DNA from: Piedraia hortae CBS 480.64
Lineage: Eukaryota
Assembly (NCBI GenBank): GCA_010093745.1
Contig: MU005991.1
Location: 131,678 to 172,704, forward strand
Length of the DNA: 41,027 bases
Reading direction: 5' to 3'
The notes beneath the pieces were generated by a model, which was not told where the DNA came from, ran no database searches, and saw nothing but the letters and a program-made list of their open reading frames with translations. Shown here one piece after another: positions 20,116 through 33,383 of this stretch. How positions within the stretch are numbered: the stretch's first letter is position 1; each line of letters starts with the position of its first letter. A program made the position numbers and the translations under genes.

Positions 20116-22186
20116 CTACCGACTCGACGACCTGCCAATCGCAAAGGTAATAATGATAATGGCACCCAGCACAGTGATAGCTCCGGGTAGGAGCAGGTTG
20201 TTCGGTATGCCCTGAATGATTTGGTCTTCAGTCTTTGTTGGTGTCATGCTGCGACTCTTTTGCCGTTCAGCGACGGCTGTGACTTCATCGTCCTCGTCTT
20301 CATAGCTCTTGCGAGCCTTGACAGGGGGTGTGGAGGGGGCAGGCGTAATGACAGGTTGCGGGTCTAGAGTTGCCATCATAGCGGGTTTTTCAGGATCGTG
20401 CACAAAGAGATCCACCTTGTCCTTGCGCGCTTGACGCGCAAGGATAACGGCTTCCCTCAGATCAGCATCTGTGGTCAAAGACACCGTGTCTCCCTCATTG
20501 TCGAGGTAGCTGAGGGCAAACCCGTTGTGACTCATTCTGCCATTTTCGAACTTGGGGATGCCGCCAATGCTATCAGCTTCGCCACCGAGCTTCTCCGCTA
20601 CAATTGTAATGAGCTCTGCCAGACCAGCCGAAGCAACAACCTGGAGGCGATGTACGCGACCACCGGGTGACTTGAACTTGAACGTAAATGGCTGCTGTGA
20701 TGTAGTCTGTTCCTCTGTCTCTGCGGGCCCTACGTGTGAAGCAGAGTCACCGGGAGCAACGCTATCGAGACGTTCAGTGCCATGACGGTGTTGCTGTTCA
20801 GGCGACATCATAGCTGAACGAGCCTCGGAAGCCGGTGGTAGATGGCTGCCGCCGTCCCCAGACATCATGGACTCGGTGTCTCCATGGTCCATCGACATCC
20901 AAAACTTGTTCCATGCTGGTCCCTCGCCATCGGCCGTGGACATGCTGTTAATCTGTGACAATTATTAGCATCCATCATGGCAGATAAGTTAGAAAGTATA
21001 TGGTTACCTGATCGAGTGTGGCATAGGTGAGCTTCAAGACATCTACCATGCCAACAATCTCGTCACTGTCCTTGTTCATGACGGGAAGGTTGAGGTAATG
21101 GCCGTCGTGCATCTTTCGCAGAGCCTGCTGAATGCTCATATCGCACGGTGCGAAATCTGGATGAGGCGTCATCACACGGACAACGCTGCAATTGTTGGGG
21201 TCAAGGCCGGCGGCAATTACACGCAATACGACGTCTTTTGAGGTGAAAATGCCGGTAATCTGGCCCTGGTCTTGCACCAAAACAGCCGTTGTATGGTTCT
21301 CCTTCATGAGCTGGGCTGCCTCTCTGACGCTTGTGCGCACAGAAACCGTGGTCGGTGGTAATCCGTTCAACACAGACTCAAGGGTTGGGCCAGACATGCG
21401 CTGGCGAACAGCCTCCACGTATTGCATAATCTGTTGGGGTTGGCTAGCCCCGAGTTCTGCCTGGAAGCCCTCGAGTGCATCGTAGAGCTTTTTGGATGAA
21501 CTAAAGGCTCGTTCAAGCTTCTCCATGGCATCGTAGAAGCATTTTGTAATGTCCAGGACGCCTGAAATGTCATGGTTCTCGTCCATGACCGGTAGATGCC
21601 GGAAACCTTTGCGCACCATGAGGTCAAGCGCATCAGTGGCGCTGGTGTCTGTTTTTGCACAGAGTGGGTTTTTTGTCATGATTTCTGCGATTGTGACTGT
21701 ATTGGCTTTTAGTCCAGCGCCAACTACGCGGAAAGCCAGGTCCTTTGCGGTAAAGATGCCGGCAATTCTATCGTCGTCGTCTGTCACCAGCACGCAATCC
21801 TCGCGCTTCGCCGCCATTAGCTGGGCAGCCTCGGTCACACTTGTTCCGGGCTTGATTTGCAACGCCTGGTTTGGACGAAGAGAAAGGACGGTCCCTGGAG
21901 GCGCTTTGCGCGTCTGGCGGGCGCGTCCGGCATGTGTGCGTTTTTTGCTAAGATCTTTTTCTAATTTGTTACGAATTGCCTGGATATTTGTAAGTCACAC
22001 GAGTCTATACCTCAAGGCTTGCACTACCTCGTCTCGCTTCGAAGTCTTGACTCTGCTCGCACTGAATGTGGACCCAGTGTCGCTCTGAGCCGTTTCGAGT
22101 CTTGGGCGACTGGACGGTCCATCGTATACAAGATTCTGCGGGATACGCGATTTCGGAGTGCCCCGAATAGTGCCAGTAGTGGACAT
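20116..22186 (-). CDS. CBS-domain plus PB1-domain protein with C-terminal membrane anchor; introns 21980-22027 and 20953-21007
   Basis: Two CBS pairs (IAGIFTAKDLAFRVV, GFRHLPV), PB1 (FTFKFKSPGGRVHR, LSYLDNEGDTV), hydrophobic tail. Confidence 0.9.
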
Positions 22187-22359
22187 GATTTCAGGTGAGC
22201 GGCTGAATGGTCCAGACGAGGGGAGAGTGTTCGGTCTGGAAGTAAATAAAAAGCTCGGGCCACCTGCAACAGACGGAACCATTCCGCATTGCCCTCCACC
22301 AAGACTGCCAAGACTTGAAATTCCAACATCACTTCGACCGATTTCAGCCTCTGCACAAC

Positions 22360-22911
22360 ATGGTCAAGAAGCGTGCGAACAAGTAAGCGCGGCTACCTTG
22401 GAAATGGCCTTTGTAGGGAACTAACACGCAACAGCGGACGCAACAAAAAGGGCCGTGGCCACGTCAAACCGATTCGGTGCTCCAACTGCTCGCGATGCAC
22501 TCCTAAGGATAAGGCCATCAAGCGCTTCACCATCCGCAACATGGTTGAATCTGCCGCCATCCGTACGTTTTAAAAGATTGGAGAGGCTCTGCTGCTCGCG
22601 ACGAGGTGGAGGCGGGCTGACATTTGGCTCAGGTGATATCTCTGATGCGTCAGTTTTCCAGGAGTACACGGTGCCCAAGATGTATCTGAAGCTTCAATAC
22701 TGTGTCTCCTGCGCCATCCACGGCAAGATTGTCCGGTATGTTCGAAGCTGGTGGCCATATCTGGGTCGGAAAGTTAACTGGTGCCAGCGTCCGCTCGCGC
22801 GAAGGCCGCCGCAACCGTGCGCCCCCGCCGAGGGTGCGATACAACAAGGATGGCAAGAAGATCAACCCTCAACAAGCCGCCAAAGTTTCTGCTGGAGCTG
22901 GTGGTCAATAG
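22360..22911 (+). CDS. RPS26: 40S ribosomal protein S26 (eS26); introns 22383-22434, 22563-22632, 22736-22787
   Basis: [26 protein letters not shown]...[28 protein letters not shown]. Confidence 0.97.
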
Positions 22912-23044
22912 GCTGTTCATGTGTAGCCCGAAATGAAGCGCAATTTCAGTATGTCTGGTAACTTTGTCATGGTAGAGTCTTTACAAAGAAGGCTTGAATG
23001 AGACGGCATTACTACTTCATACCGATGGGAAAACCGTTCCAACA

Positions 23045-23753
23045 TCAGTCTGTCCGTTTCTTGCCCTGTACTCCACTATCAGGAGCACTAGTGGTATCAT
23101 CGTCCCAATCCTCAGCATTCTCATCCCAATTGTCCAATTCATTTGTTACATCCACATCCGTCTCTTTCGGGGTGTCAGCCAACTCCATCGACCGACTTGC
23201 TTCTTGCTCGTGCTGATCGTATCCACCCTCACCAAGTTCCATGTCTGGTTCCTCGCCAGACACAATGTCATAATGCCTGTTCTTTCTCTTCCTTTCAATC
23301 ATGCGTGTGTGGTACCAGCTGCACAGAGCCAATGCGAGCCCGGAACCCACGGCATTAGCAAGAATGTCGAAAACATCAAAATTTCTGTCGTTTGGAAGGA
23401 GTCCCTGTAGAAGCTCGGAGCCAACGCCCAGGCCAGCGGTGCATACGAGTAGGCTAAGGTGCAGCGCGCGTCGTCGAGAGATCTCAAAGATCCAGTAGAA
23501 TGTCAACTGCCGCCCACTAGTTAGAATCCAGGAATTCATGCTGAGAAGAGCCAAACCGTTAAGAGGAAGAAAGTGATAAAGTGAAGTCCCTTGTCGCTGT
23601 GGCCATACTGCGGTATCTTTTGCGTGGAAAGGCCAAGATAGGCGGACAGCAACACCAGCACGGCAAAGGAAGCTTGGTACCAGTCAGCATGTTTCTCGAA
23701 CCTATAGCGCAAGACGCACCCGCAAACGGTTGGCGAATTTTTGTAGCTGACAT
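23045..23753 (-). CDS. VanZ-like membrane protein, two short introns
   Basis: DKGLHFITFFLLT, GVGSELLQGLLPNDRNFDVFDILANAVG (VanZ-like motifs), acidic tail. Confidence 0.8.
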
Positions 23754-24075
23754 TAAACAAAATTAGGCCGCATTGTGCAGTGGTTCAGGTCAACAATGCA
23801 GAGCGGCGGACGGCAGGATTGGCGGATGTTCCTGGTGCCTCTCGGCAAACCTTCCTGTTTGGGCCATCCGGTTGGACCTCACACGAAGGCGCAAGACGGC
23901 CATCAAACGGAATCCATCAATACACCTTGCTGCGCATCTGTCAGTTTACGATAGTCGCCTGATTAAACCGCAAGGATTCCATGGTCCAACTTTTACCGGC
24001 GCTCAACTCATCACCAACGTACCGACGCGCGCGCACCGAGGCGCATCTTGCGACGCCGCGCACAAGACTCGGGTG

Positions 24076-27000
24076 ATGAATCCATCCCATACGCGGCCGA
24101 GAAAAAGAGATAATCAACGCGACACCGGTGACACACATGGCAACACAGGCTGGCGCGGCATGATGGCTGCTGCGGAGGATCCCGTACAGTCCCGGATGAA
24201 GGGACTCTTCAAGGAACTGGACCCTTTTATCACCAGTTACTTTGCCCAAAGCCCGCCAAATGCTAGCAGTATGCGACCGTGGAGCCGACGGCGGCCCGCG
24301 CAAAGTGAGTCGCGCCACGACCCACCATGCGCGCCGGCCCCGGCTCCGCCAAGGCCCGCAGCTCGCCAGCTAGACGAGGACTATGGCGACGATGAAGATG
24401 ATGAACAGGCTGAGGACAAGTCAGGGCCAGTAAATACCGCAAAAGGCGCGTCTTGGTTGCCAAATGGCTCGGTTGCTCCCACCCGTCTCTCCCAAAACGC
24501 GGCAGAGGGTTCACCGATGTATTCTAGCAGATCATCGTCTTCAGATGAGGGGAAATCATTAGATGATATGCGCAAGCAGCTGGAGGCGCAGAAGAAGGCG
24601 GCAGAGGAGGAGGCTTTGCGGAGCTTCTACAACATGTTCTACACCTTGGAGCACGACCGAGACGCGATGCTAGAGCAATTGAAGCTGGACGAGCTTGACC
24701 GCGCTGTTGAAAAGGAGATTTCTGGTGCGCCAGAAGCTGCCAACGGACAGCAGCCGCCAGTGGCCTCGCAAGGCACGTTGGGCAACTCGGATCTTGGAGC
24801 GTCTAGCCTCACACTGAAACACCTTATTGCACGGATTGACGAGAAACGCAGCCTGGTGCAGGCGTCTGACAATCAGCTACGGTCTCTCATCTCCGTCGTG
24901 CGCAAGGGACGTAGCAAATGGGCGTCCGAAGACCGTGTGGGCCAAGAGGAGCTCTATGAAGCGGCCGAAAAGGTTCTCATTGAGCTTAAGGCCATGACAG
25001 AACACGCTCAGCCCTTTTTGCAGCGTGTCAACAAGCGGGATGCGCCAGACTACTTTCACGTCATCAAGAACCCCATGGACATTGGCACCATGATGAAGAA
25101 GCTCAAGCAGCTCGCCTACAGGAGCAAAAAGGAGTTTGTAGACGATCTGCAGCTCATCTGGAGCAACTGTCTCAAATATAATTCCAGTGCAGAGCATCCG
25201 TTCCGTAAGAAGGCGCTGTATATGCGCAAGGAAACGGACAAACTCACTCCCCTGATTCCTGAAATCGTCATCAGGAGCCGCGAGGAGGTTGAGGCTGAGG
25301 AGCGGAAGCAGCATGGTCTCGATGCAGACGAAAGTGACGATGATGCACCCATCATGGCCTCACGTGGGCGAAAAGCTCCGCAAAAAGGCGGTAAGGGTGC
25401 GCCGGCAACAGGTCGAAAAGCTCCCGCCGTCAACGTGGAAGAGGCGCCCAGTTTGACGCCCGATAGAGGCGAGTCTCTCTCAAAGCAAGCGCCAAGTGCG
25501 CGATGCTCGTTGAGGCCAGAGTCTGAAGGGCGCGACGTTGCCTCCAACAGCTTTCCCACACCGCCTGCCTGTGGCCCAGATACACCCAGAGTCAACGGCA
25601 GCGTTCCTGATTCGTTTGACTCTGCCAATCTACCGCAGTTGCAAGGAGTTATAACGGAGATTGAGGAAGACGAGGAAGATACTGAGTTCAAGACATGGAA
25701 ACATGTAACCAAGAAAGACCGTGCCATGGCCGCTGCCGAGCGACATCGGCTTTTTCGTGGCAACCAGATCAATCCAGACGCATCTGCGCTGATGCGGACC
25801 AAGTCTGGCATGCGTAGGTGGGTACAGCAGCAGAAGAAACTGGTCTCGGGCCCAGCGGGTGATGTCGCGGACGGGACAGAGGCCGAAGAGGCGACGAGTA
25901 CGGGAGAAACATTGGCTGAAGGCATTGAAAAGGATGAAGAGTCCACCCTTCCCGACTACTACGATCCCATGTCTGCCATACCAGAGCTTCCCTCACGCTG
26001 GCACTGGTTAACGGACAGCGAGGGGAATGTCGTACCGCAGGACGATAGGACACTGCGTATGTATCCTCGGGATTTGTTCAAGCCGCCGCAGAGCTTAGTC
26101 ACCAAGAGGCTCGCTGCGAACATGAGACAAATGCAAGAAACGCGCAAGATATGCTCCAAGATCAGCGTCGTCAAGCAGATGCAACTCCAGGGTCAGACTT
26201 ACCAGAATCAGTTTCAAAAGTACAACCCAGAGCCGTTTGCAGACCAGGACGTAGGGCCCGTCGTGGTGTCTGAGGAAGGGGCTCCTGTTGCCCCAGAGGT
26301 CTGTCGTGCCTTGCTGCAGAAGTCAGTGGCCAAGCTATTTTTCCATGCTGGTTTCGAAGACTGTCAAGCTTCGGCAGTCGAGGCAGCAACAGATATCGCC
26401 GCAGACTTTATGGGCAACGTGATGCGGAGCTTGAAGGCATACTGTGAGCAATCACGACACTCGTCTGAGCAGCAGGTATTGCATGCCCTTCACGCGAATG
26501 GGTTGGACGTAGAGTCACTAGAGTCGTACATCAAAGACGACGTAGAGCGGACGGGTACCAAGCTCGCACTGGTGCACGAGCGGGTAAAGTCGCATCTCGC
26601 AGATCTACTGGTAAACATTTCCAGCCCTTCTCCATGCCGAAAACATGCTAACGAATTTTCAGCGGCCGGCATTGGGCGAGCAGTCCGGAGCCGACGGTGC
26701 AGGAGCCTTCAACGATGGCAGCGAGCAATTCGTGCAGGGCGATTTCGCCGAAGAACTGGGCGATGACTTCTTCGGCTTCAAGGAGCTTGGCTTAGCCGCC
26801 GAGCTGGGCCTCGAAACCCTCAGCGTGCCCCTGCACCTGTTACAAAATCGCATGCACAACGCCTACGTGGCACAGCACTCTGGCGGGCCGGCCGTCAGCT
26901 CAGGTGAAACTTTTCCCCCTCCGCCCCCCTATGCCCCTATCACCGTCGACAACGTCTCTTCTCAAATCGGCATCGCGCAGGACTGGTTCCGCGCTCGTCT

Positions 27001-27379
27001 GCAGGCTCATCGCAATGAGCCTCTTGTCGAGGATGAGCAGCTTCCCACAAAGCAACGGTTTCCGAAACCGCGACTGCCGCCCAATGGCAAAATCAGTTCC
27101 CCCCGCAAACGCCCCCTCAGGGAACAGCAGCAAATGGCAAAGAAGAAACGGAAGCTGGAAGAGGAAGCTAAGACGAAACTTGCTGCTGCCAAGGCCGCCA
27201 CCACACAACCGCCCACCACTGCTGCCGCTACACAACCTACCACTTCTGCTTTTACAACCCAGTCTACCATGCCCGCGCTGAGGCTTCAACTTCCCAAGAC
27301 CACAGCCAATGCCGGTGACCCCGCGAAGAACAGCAAACCTACGACACTAATCAGTCCGGAGAGTATCAGGGGAGTTTGA
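24076..27379 (+). CDS. SPT7: SAGA complex bromodomain subunit Spt7; intron 26611-26662
   Basis: SKWASEDRVGQEELYEA, bromodomain PFLQRVNKRDAPDYFHVIKNPMDIG, histone-fold region HAGFED, GDFAEELGDDFFGFKELGL. The start codon is tentative. Confidence 0.9.
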
Positions 27380-27812
27380 TAATAACCTTGCCGAATGGAT
27401 AAGCACTGGATCGCATTGGGCGCTACGGAAAGTGTTTAGGGTGCACAAGCATTGTAGCGAAACGTTTAGGATTGAGGATTCTGGGGCTTTAAATTTTGAC
27501 ATGTGCGTTGTGCTTTTAGATGCCCCTTTTATGGATTAACTTCTTTGTGTGCGTGCTTGTCATCGTCGTGATTTGTCCTTTTAAGTGAAAGTTAAGATGG
27601 TGAGTTAAAGTTTGATAGTTAAAGTAGATGTGAATTTCACGCGATACACGTTTGGCGTGCCAAAGTACATACTAAATTTCACGGGGTATATATTTAGCCA
27701 GAGTACAAGGCACGTCATGTTAACGTGAGAGGCCTTCGTAGCTAGACAACATAGGCAGACATATCAGTCTCGTTTCTGCCAAATAGTTCTGAAGATCACC
27801 TACATATACAGT

Positions 27813-28094
27813 TATCGGAAGGGGGGATAAACATACTAACATCTCTTCACACTTCGTGAGATGGTGGAACCGATAACAGTGTGTGATATCCTGGCTATGA
27901 TGTCCATGATTATAGAAAAGAGGTGAGGTCAAGGCTTGTCTGCCAAGACTGTCCCACACTCCGGCACGACCCGAACCGCATTCGCCATGACGACGTCCTG
28001 TCACGCAACCACGTCCCAAGGGAAACATCCTCCGTGAAGTAAAAACCCTGGGAAGTCCGATGCCCTATTTATCTCCTTCGGCAGACCTTTGACA
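27813..28094. mobile_element. Diverged solo LTR, family A related
   Basis: TATCGG...CCTTTGACA termini; shares AACCGCATTCGCCA and the GGG..CCTC..TAAAAACCC stem block with copies 1 and 2; no clean TSD. Confidence 0.6.
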
Positions 28095-28568
28095 ACACGA
28101 TCAATCTCCATTTCAGTGACTAGCTCTTTTCAATATATCACATCTTCGTTCTATGCAATGATATTTCTGCTAGAAGCTATAGTTCCTGGGTCCACCAGCC
28201 AGTTTGGCTTCCCAACCTTATTCTGTCTCATTTTGGAAGGTTTGACTTGGGCCGATGAGACGCGCCTGCATGACGTCAGTGAATGCGTCCGATCTTCCGC
28301 AGCTTGGTGGTGGGTTTATTTTACTTGCGCACATTCCCCTTATTAGCTACCATTCCCACGAGAAAGTTCATTACTAGTCATGTTGGTCTAAGGGAACGGT
28401 GGTCGGGTCTAATGGAATGATGTCACGTTGTTTCACATAAGCCTTTTTTCCCACACACACCGCTTCATGACCCTCTTCATCAGCTTAGAGGATGTTGGCT
28501 TGACCGCGATTCCTCCTACCTACGCTCTGGCGTACGATAAATTCGGCAGACCACCCGTCAGTTGCCCC

Positions 28569-28712
28569 TATCGAAGCAGGGGGGGTTGTGAGACGGTGAA
28601 CCCTCTCATACAGTAGACAGCCAGGTCGCCTTTACCAGCATAGTCAAGATTTCTCAGGGTTTTTACCTCTCTGGAGGAAGTTTTCCCTGAGACTGGTCAT
28701 CGTCTCGTTCAT
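28569..28712. mobile_element. Partial LTR, family A, opposite orientation
   Basis: TTCTCAGGGTTTTTACCTC...GAGGAAGTTTTCCCTGAGAC..GTCATCGTCTCGTTCATG closely matches the reverse complement of the family core. Confidence 0.7.
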
Positions 28713-31140
28713 GTTCATGTTTCGATGAAATGTAAAATCAACAGTGCAATGTCTGTAAGTAATCATTGCTAGCCCACTGCATCAACATGATTCATCAATG
28801 CGTTCATAGGCAAGCGCACGGAAGGCTGAAAGCAGAGAGCGAGGTGGTGAGTCAAACAACCAGTGCCTAGCCGTATCCTGTCGTTTTAACAAGAGTATAG
28901 AGGTGGTAAGTAGAAAATATGAAGTTGTGGATTAGACTTGTTGTTCTGTCTGTATAGAGCAGGTATCACTAGGCTGCGTCCGATCGATTTCTTTTCACGC
29001 TCAGTTTCTTTGCGAGGCAAGCCGATCCGCGTTCATGGTCCCCACGTTAGCTATGAGGTCTGGGGCTCCTTTTGGAAAAGACAAATAATCATTGATCGGC
29101 TTAATCCTTGCAAAACGGAAGAAAGGTCGATCGACCGCACTTGTACTTCGCTAATATAGTGCGATAAGTCCATACGCCATAGGCTGACGGATCTGTTGTG
29201 TCGTCTTTCTTACTTGTAGATTATGTATGCTTGTTCTAGATTCGTCCCCCCAGTTCACCTCGACGAAGGCAGGCATAAAATGCATTCAACATATTGCTAA
29301 TGCATGTATGTGCCTAAGGGGGCTTTCCACTCATTAAGTAAAGATCTTGACAACTCAGTACATCGCTGTGCAGGGTTAGCAGGCACCATACGTAGGCACA
29401 GTACCGAAATCTTCTATCCAATAAAATGTAACTGTGTTAGGTACAAGATCATGCATAACGATCGCAGATAACTTGGAGATCATTTTATCTAGACCACTGC
29501 TTCAATCACCGCATATACTGCACTATTTGTTTTTGCGAAGGTTCCCACGAGATCTAATGGTGTAACGTGTTTGTCATATTACGTTTATGTCCTCATAAAT
29601 ATGTTACCGGCGCGGACTCTAATGGTGAAGCTCTGGGGGATTTCTTGCTGATCTTTGTATATCGAGCAACAGACTCTTTGATCCATCCTGCGTCTTTCCG
29701 TCTTGTGAAGTAAGAGTTGGCAGTTAGTGATTAAGGCTTGAACAAGTGCTGTTAAGGATAGATGGATGGTGCACCCAACTTTGAAGTCAGGTGAGTAGAT
29801 ATTGTCAGAGAGATTTCTTCTTGGTGAGTGTACCTAACCAACCTCCCACCTTTTGATATTAATGGGGAATGTTTCGGAAATCTTGGGGGCCATGGCGTGC
29901 AGGTCTGTGGTATATCGCCGGATACCATTCAGAGGGTGGCAGACCCAATGTAAAGAGGGGAGGGACCCCAGAGGATGTGAAGGAGCGTTCGCGATGTCAG
30001 CAGGTCAGGGAGTTGACAAGCTGAAAGGAAATTCAGTTTCTTTTCTTGACTGCATATCGACGGACATTTCCTTAAACTGTCATCTGGAACATCCGATGTA
30101 TCCTGCAGTTTGTCCTGGTTCGAGTGTCCATTCTGAATATCCCAAGTCCAGCTCTACTGACTCGCCCTATCGATTTGCAACTATCGAATACGTAGCTATC
30201 GCTTTTCTAGTAGAAAGAGACCCCGCTCGAGAAAAATAGAACATTAAAGCCAGTCTCCAATTGGGAAACAATCATTTTCCGCCTGTGCAAAGTCCAATCC
30301 ATATCCACCACTTGAACATCTTACTTTCATTGGCAGTGAACCTGGCTTCATCGCCACCAAGGTGTCACATGGCCCAAAATCTGCAGCTCTCATTCATCAA
30401 AAAGGCTTTGGTCGATGCCAGGTAATTTGACTGTGTCTGTGCCTGAACAAAATTCATTGGCATCGGGGGCCACTGTTGTCGAAGCAATGACTGAGGGAGC
30501 GTGACGTGGCAAAGATCGTAACGTGCCCGCTCCAAATGGGAATGCGGACGCTTGGAACGAGTACCATGTTAAACTTTGGAGCATGTGTTCTCAAAAGATG
30601 TAGTTTGTAGCTATATAAAATGGTTATGTATGACGCTATTGGCGTTTAAAGTGTTAATCAAAGTGTGCACGCAGTAGGGAAGACACCTATATACTAGAGC
30701 ATTGCACCCAGTCTTCGCTACAGTCCGCCTTATGTACAGCAGAACCATTACTTTTCACCTCCCCCGCCTGTTTTTCTGACCACATCCACTACCCACTTTC
30801 GTTGCTTTGCATCGCTCACCCATCCCCACTGCTCCACATTCCATTCTCTCCCTTGCCTATTTTCCTTACAACATCCACTCACCAGTTCCGCTGCTTCGCT
30901 TTGCTTAATCTTCCTTCTGCTTATCCCACAGGAACGATGAATGAACTCCATGAGGACAATGAGTGATGGGCGCTGGATAACAGACTCAACGAGTGAAAGG
31001 AATATATCTACTGAGTGCTTGCTGCCGGACTACAGTGGGGCCTGGCGTTACTCTGGACTGAGCCTCGCTGGGCTCAAAATCTACCCTCTGATAGCTTATC
31101 TTTGAACGCATTGGTGAACCAAGGCGTTTGCATTCGCCCC

Positions 31141-31445
31141 AATCGGCAGTGGCAGACCGACAGTTGGCTTCCATGGGGCATTTTTGGCTCTTAGTGTTTC
31201 TTTTTCCGCAGGTTGTGATGGTCGGTGTGGAGGCTCCTCGAGCTTTTTGCAGTTGAGGTGCTTATGTTTGTTCCAATCAGCAGTGGCAGATCGACAGTTG
31301 CCAAGTGCGTCCATGGAGCATTTTCAGCTTTTCGTGATTGCCATGTTCGAGGTTCCCCTGCCGCAGGTTGTGATGTTCGCAGTGGAGACTCCTGGTGCTT
31401 GCAGTTCATTTCCGAATTTGCCTTTTCGCGGGTTGTGATTGTTAC
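31141..31445. repeat. Degenerate tandem repeat, ~135-bp unit, two copies plus a partial third
   Basis: AATCRGCAGTGGCAGAYCGACAGTTG...TCCATGGRGCATTTT...CCGCAGGTTGTGATG at 31141 and 31275. Confidence 0.75.
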
Positions 31446-31848
31446 GGTAAAGGTCGGGACCTATATCGCTGCCTCTCAATTGTTGGAGCCCGGCTTAACT
31501 GAGTTCCCGTCGTAGACAATCACCTTGAAGGTGATTATCTGCGGCGTTGTTGGTGTTTCACTTGACCCTGTTGTCGGTTTTATCTGCGTGGGGTTGGCCC
31601 TTCTCCAACGCAAATTCTGTTCGTGTTGGAGCCTCCCGACCCCATACTCGAGAGTCATGAATTGGGGTGTGTTGGAACCACTGACTGGCGTATGGGCTGG
31701 GGAGGTCCCCCTTTTGCTTCTTCCGACATCATTATGTTGCGTCGTTCCGCATTCCCTCCCTCGTTGCACTGCTACATCCCAGGACGTCGCTTACTATCCT
31801 CGCATGCCTTGCCTTTGAGCGTATCAGTCAATTGAATTGATGCAAAGG

Positions 31849-32149
31849 TGTCGGGGGGGTAATCCTCCGAGAACTAAAGCGGAACGTATATAAACGACAA
31901 ATTCGTGCACTCAACTTTGACCAAAAGGTGAATGTAGATGTCTATCTCTATGTAAGGTGAGGTTCGAAACCTCCACACTATCTCCGTCTAACCGCATTCA
32001 CCAGGACAATGTCAGCGAACCATGCACTTAAGCATGAACGAGACAATGGCCCGTCTCAGGGAAAACTTCCTCTATAGAGGTAAAAACTCTGAGAAGTTTC
32101 GACTTCTAGCTAAGGTTCTGTTCATGGTGGGTGCCACATCCTTCTGACA
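31849..32149. mobile_element. Solo LTR, family A, copy 2 (301 bp)
   Basis: TGTCGG...CTGACA termini, collinear with 1615-1919; flanks AAAGG and (A)AAAGG. Confidence 0.8.
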
Positions 32150-32975
32150 AAAAGGCTATTGTGGGTCATTTACAGGTATTGCAAGCTTTGCCATTCATGT
32201 CACATCGGCCCTGTGCAAGGCGCAGGCCTCATGATGCGTTTTGCATGTTGTCGAGGTGAAGGTTGGATTTTGCGATGCCAAGCCGTTGGTGGGGTGGGCC
32301 CGGGCCTACCCACCCGAGCATCCCAGTCAATGACATTGTCCGATTCCCAACCGGCCAAGCCGCTTCCCACAATCGAAAAGGATACGGCAGCTCTGACTTG
32401 GGAAAAACCGCTACCTCGTTGATGTCAGTTCCAAGCAGGCCGCCCCACGGGCATTGCGAATCCAGTCTGTGCTGGCGGGGTCCGGCGCCTAAATTGCTGC
32501 CTTGAGTTGGTAGAAGCTTGGCTTGACTGGGCCCCTGTCGCAGGAGGTGAGTGTCTGTCGCCTCGTTGGAGGTGTTTGACTCGGACCTTGACGTTTTGAC
32601 AGTCCCTCTCGTATGAAGGGACTGACCGAGAGTTGGAGAGGGTGGGTAATTCCATTTACCACCCAGTCTTCTGTCTAGCGCTACTTATCTGTTGTCCTAA
32701 TGCCAACATCCCGTGCAAGACAGCCCCACTTCCGTCGGTTAGCGTTTGGCCTTCCGGTTGGGTAATGCTTCAGCAGCGAAGTATACAGAGCCTAATTAGC
32801 CAGCTTGGCCATGATATGCCCAGTTTGCGAGGGAAATATATGGCTTGACACGAAATTATCGAATAGTCCTATGATCCAGGGTGTGGGACTTGAAGAGTTA
32901 ATGATAATCATGCAATTCCATTTTAGAATCTGCCAGCTTGAAAAACTCCGCAGTAATAATGCCTCTTACTGACAT

Positions 32976-33383
32976 CTACTTCTTCGTCTTCCATTTCCCA
33001 TTCCCAATCGGCACCCCACCCTCCTCATTATCCTCTTCAGAATCACTCTCGTTGCCTCCCCCAAACTTATCTCCCGACTTCTTCGACTCGTCCCCCTTGT
33101 CTAAGTCAATAATTTCATACTCGTACTCTTGCGTCGAATACGTCCACATTCCCAGCTGGGGTCCATCATCCTGGGTACCGGGCTTCTTCACGGAAAAACT
33201 CTGTGACTGTCCAGAGCACGTAGCAGTCAAAGACTCCGGGGCAGAGGATTTAGTGGGGATGCAACACGCCTCGACTTTTTGGCCTGGCATGTCAGATTGC
33301 TTGGGGGTGGACAAACCCCCGGCAGGCTTGTCAGAGCAGGGTTCATTGCTGGAAGGCACGATGGGGCTGTTGGCGTTGGACAT
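32976..33383 (-). CDS. Hypothetical 135-aa low-complexity protein
   Basis: ATG in AAAATG context, open frame with acidic and basic tail; no recognisable domain. Confidence 0.3.
   Translation of the reverse strand: MSNANSPIVPSSNEPCSDKPAGGLSTPKQSDMPGQKVEACCIPTKSSAPESLTATCSGQSQSFSVKKPGTQDDGPQLGMWTYSTQEYEYEIIDLDKGDESKKSGDKFGGGNESDSEEDNEEGGVPIGNGKWKTKK

Noticed and set aside
23773..24075. N-terminal extension of SPT7 in the ORF track
   Set aside because: Non-ATG start overlapping the divergent promoter; the first ATG is at 24076.
31918..31980. tRNA or SINE head (B-box GGTTCGAAACC)
   Set aside because: No acceptor stem or cloverleaf; it lies inside a TG..CA solo LTR, and copy 1 has a degenerate version.
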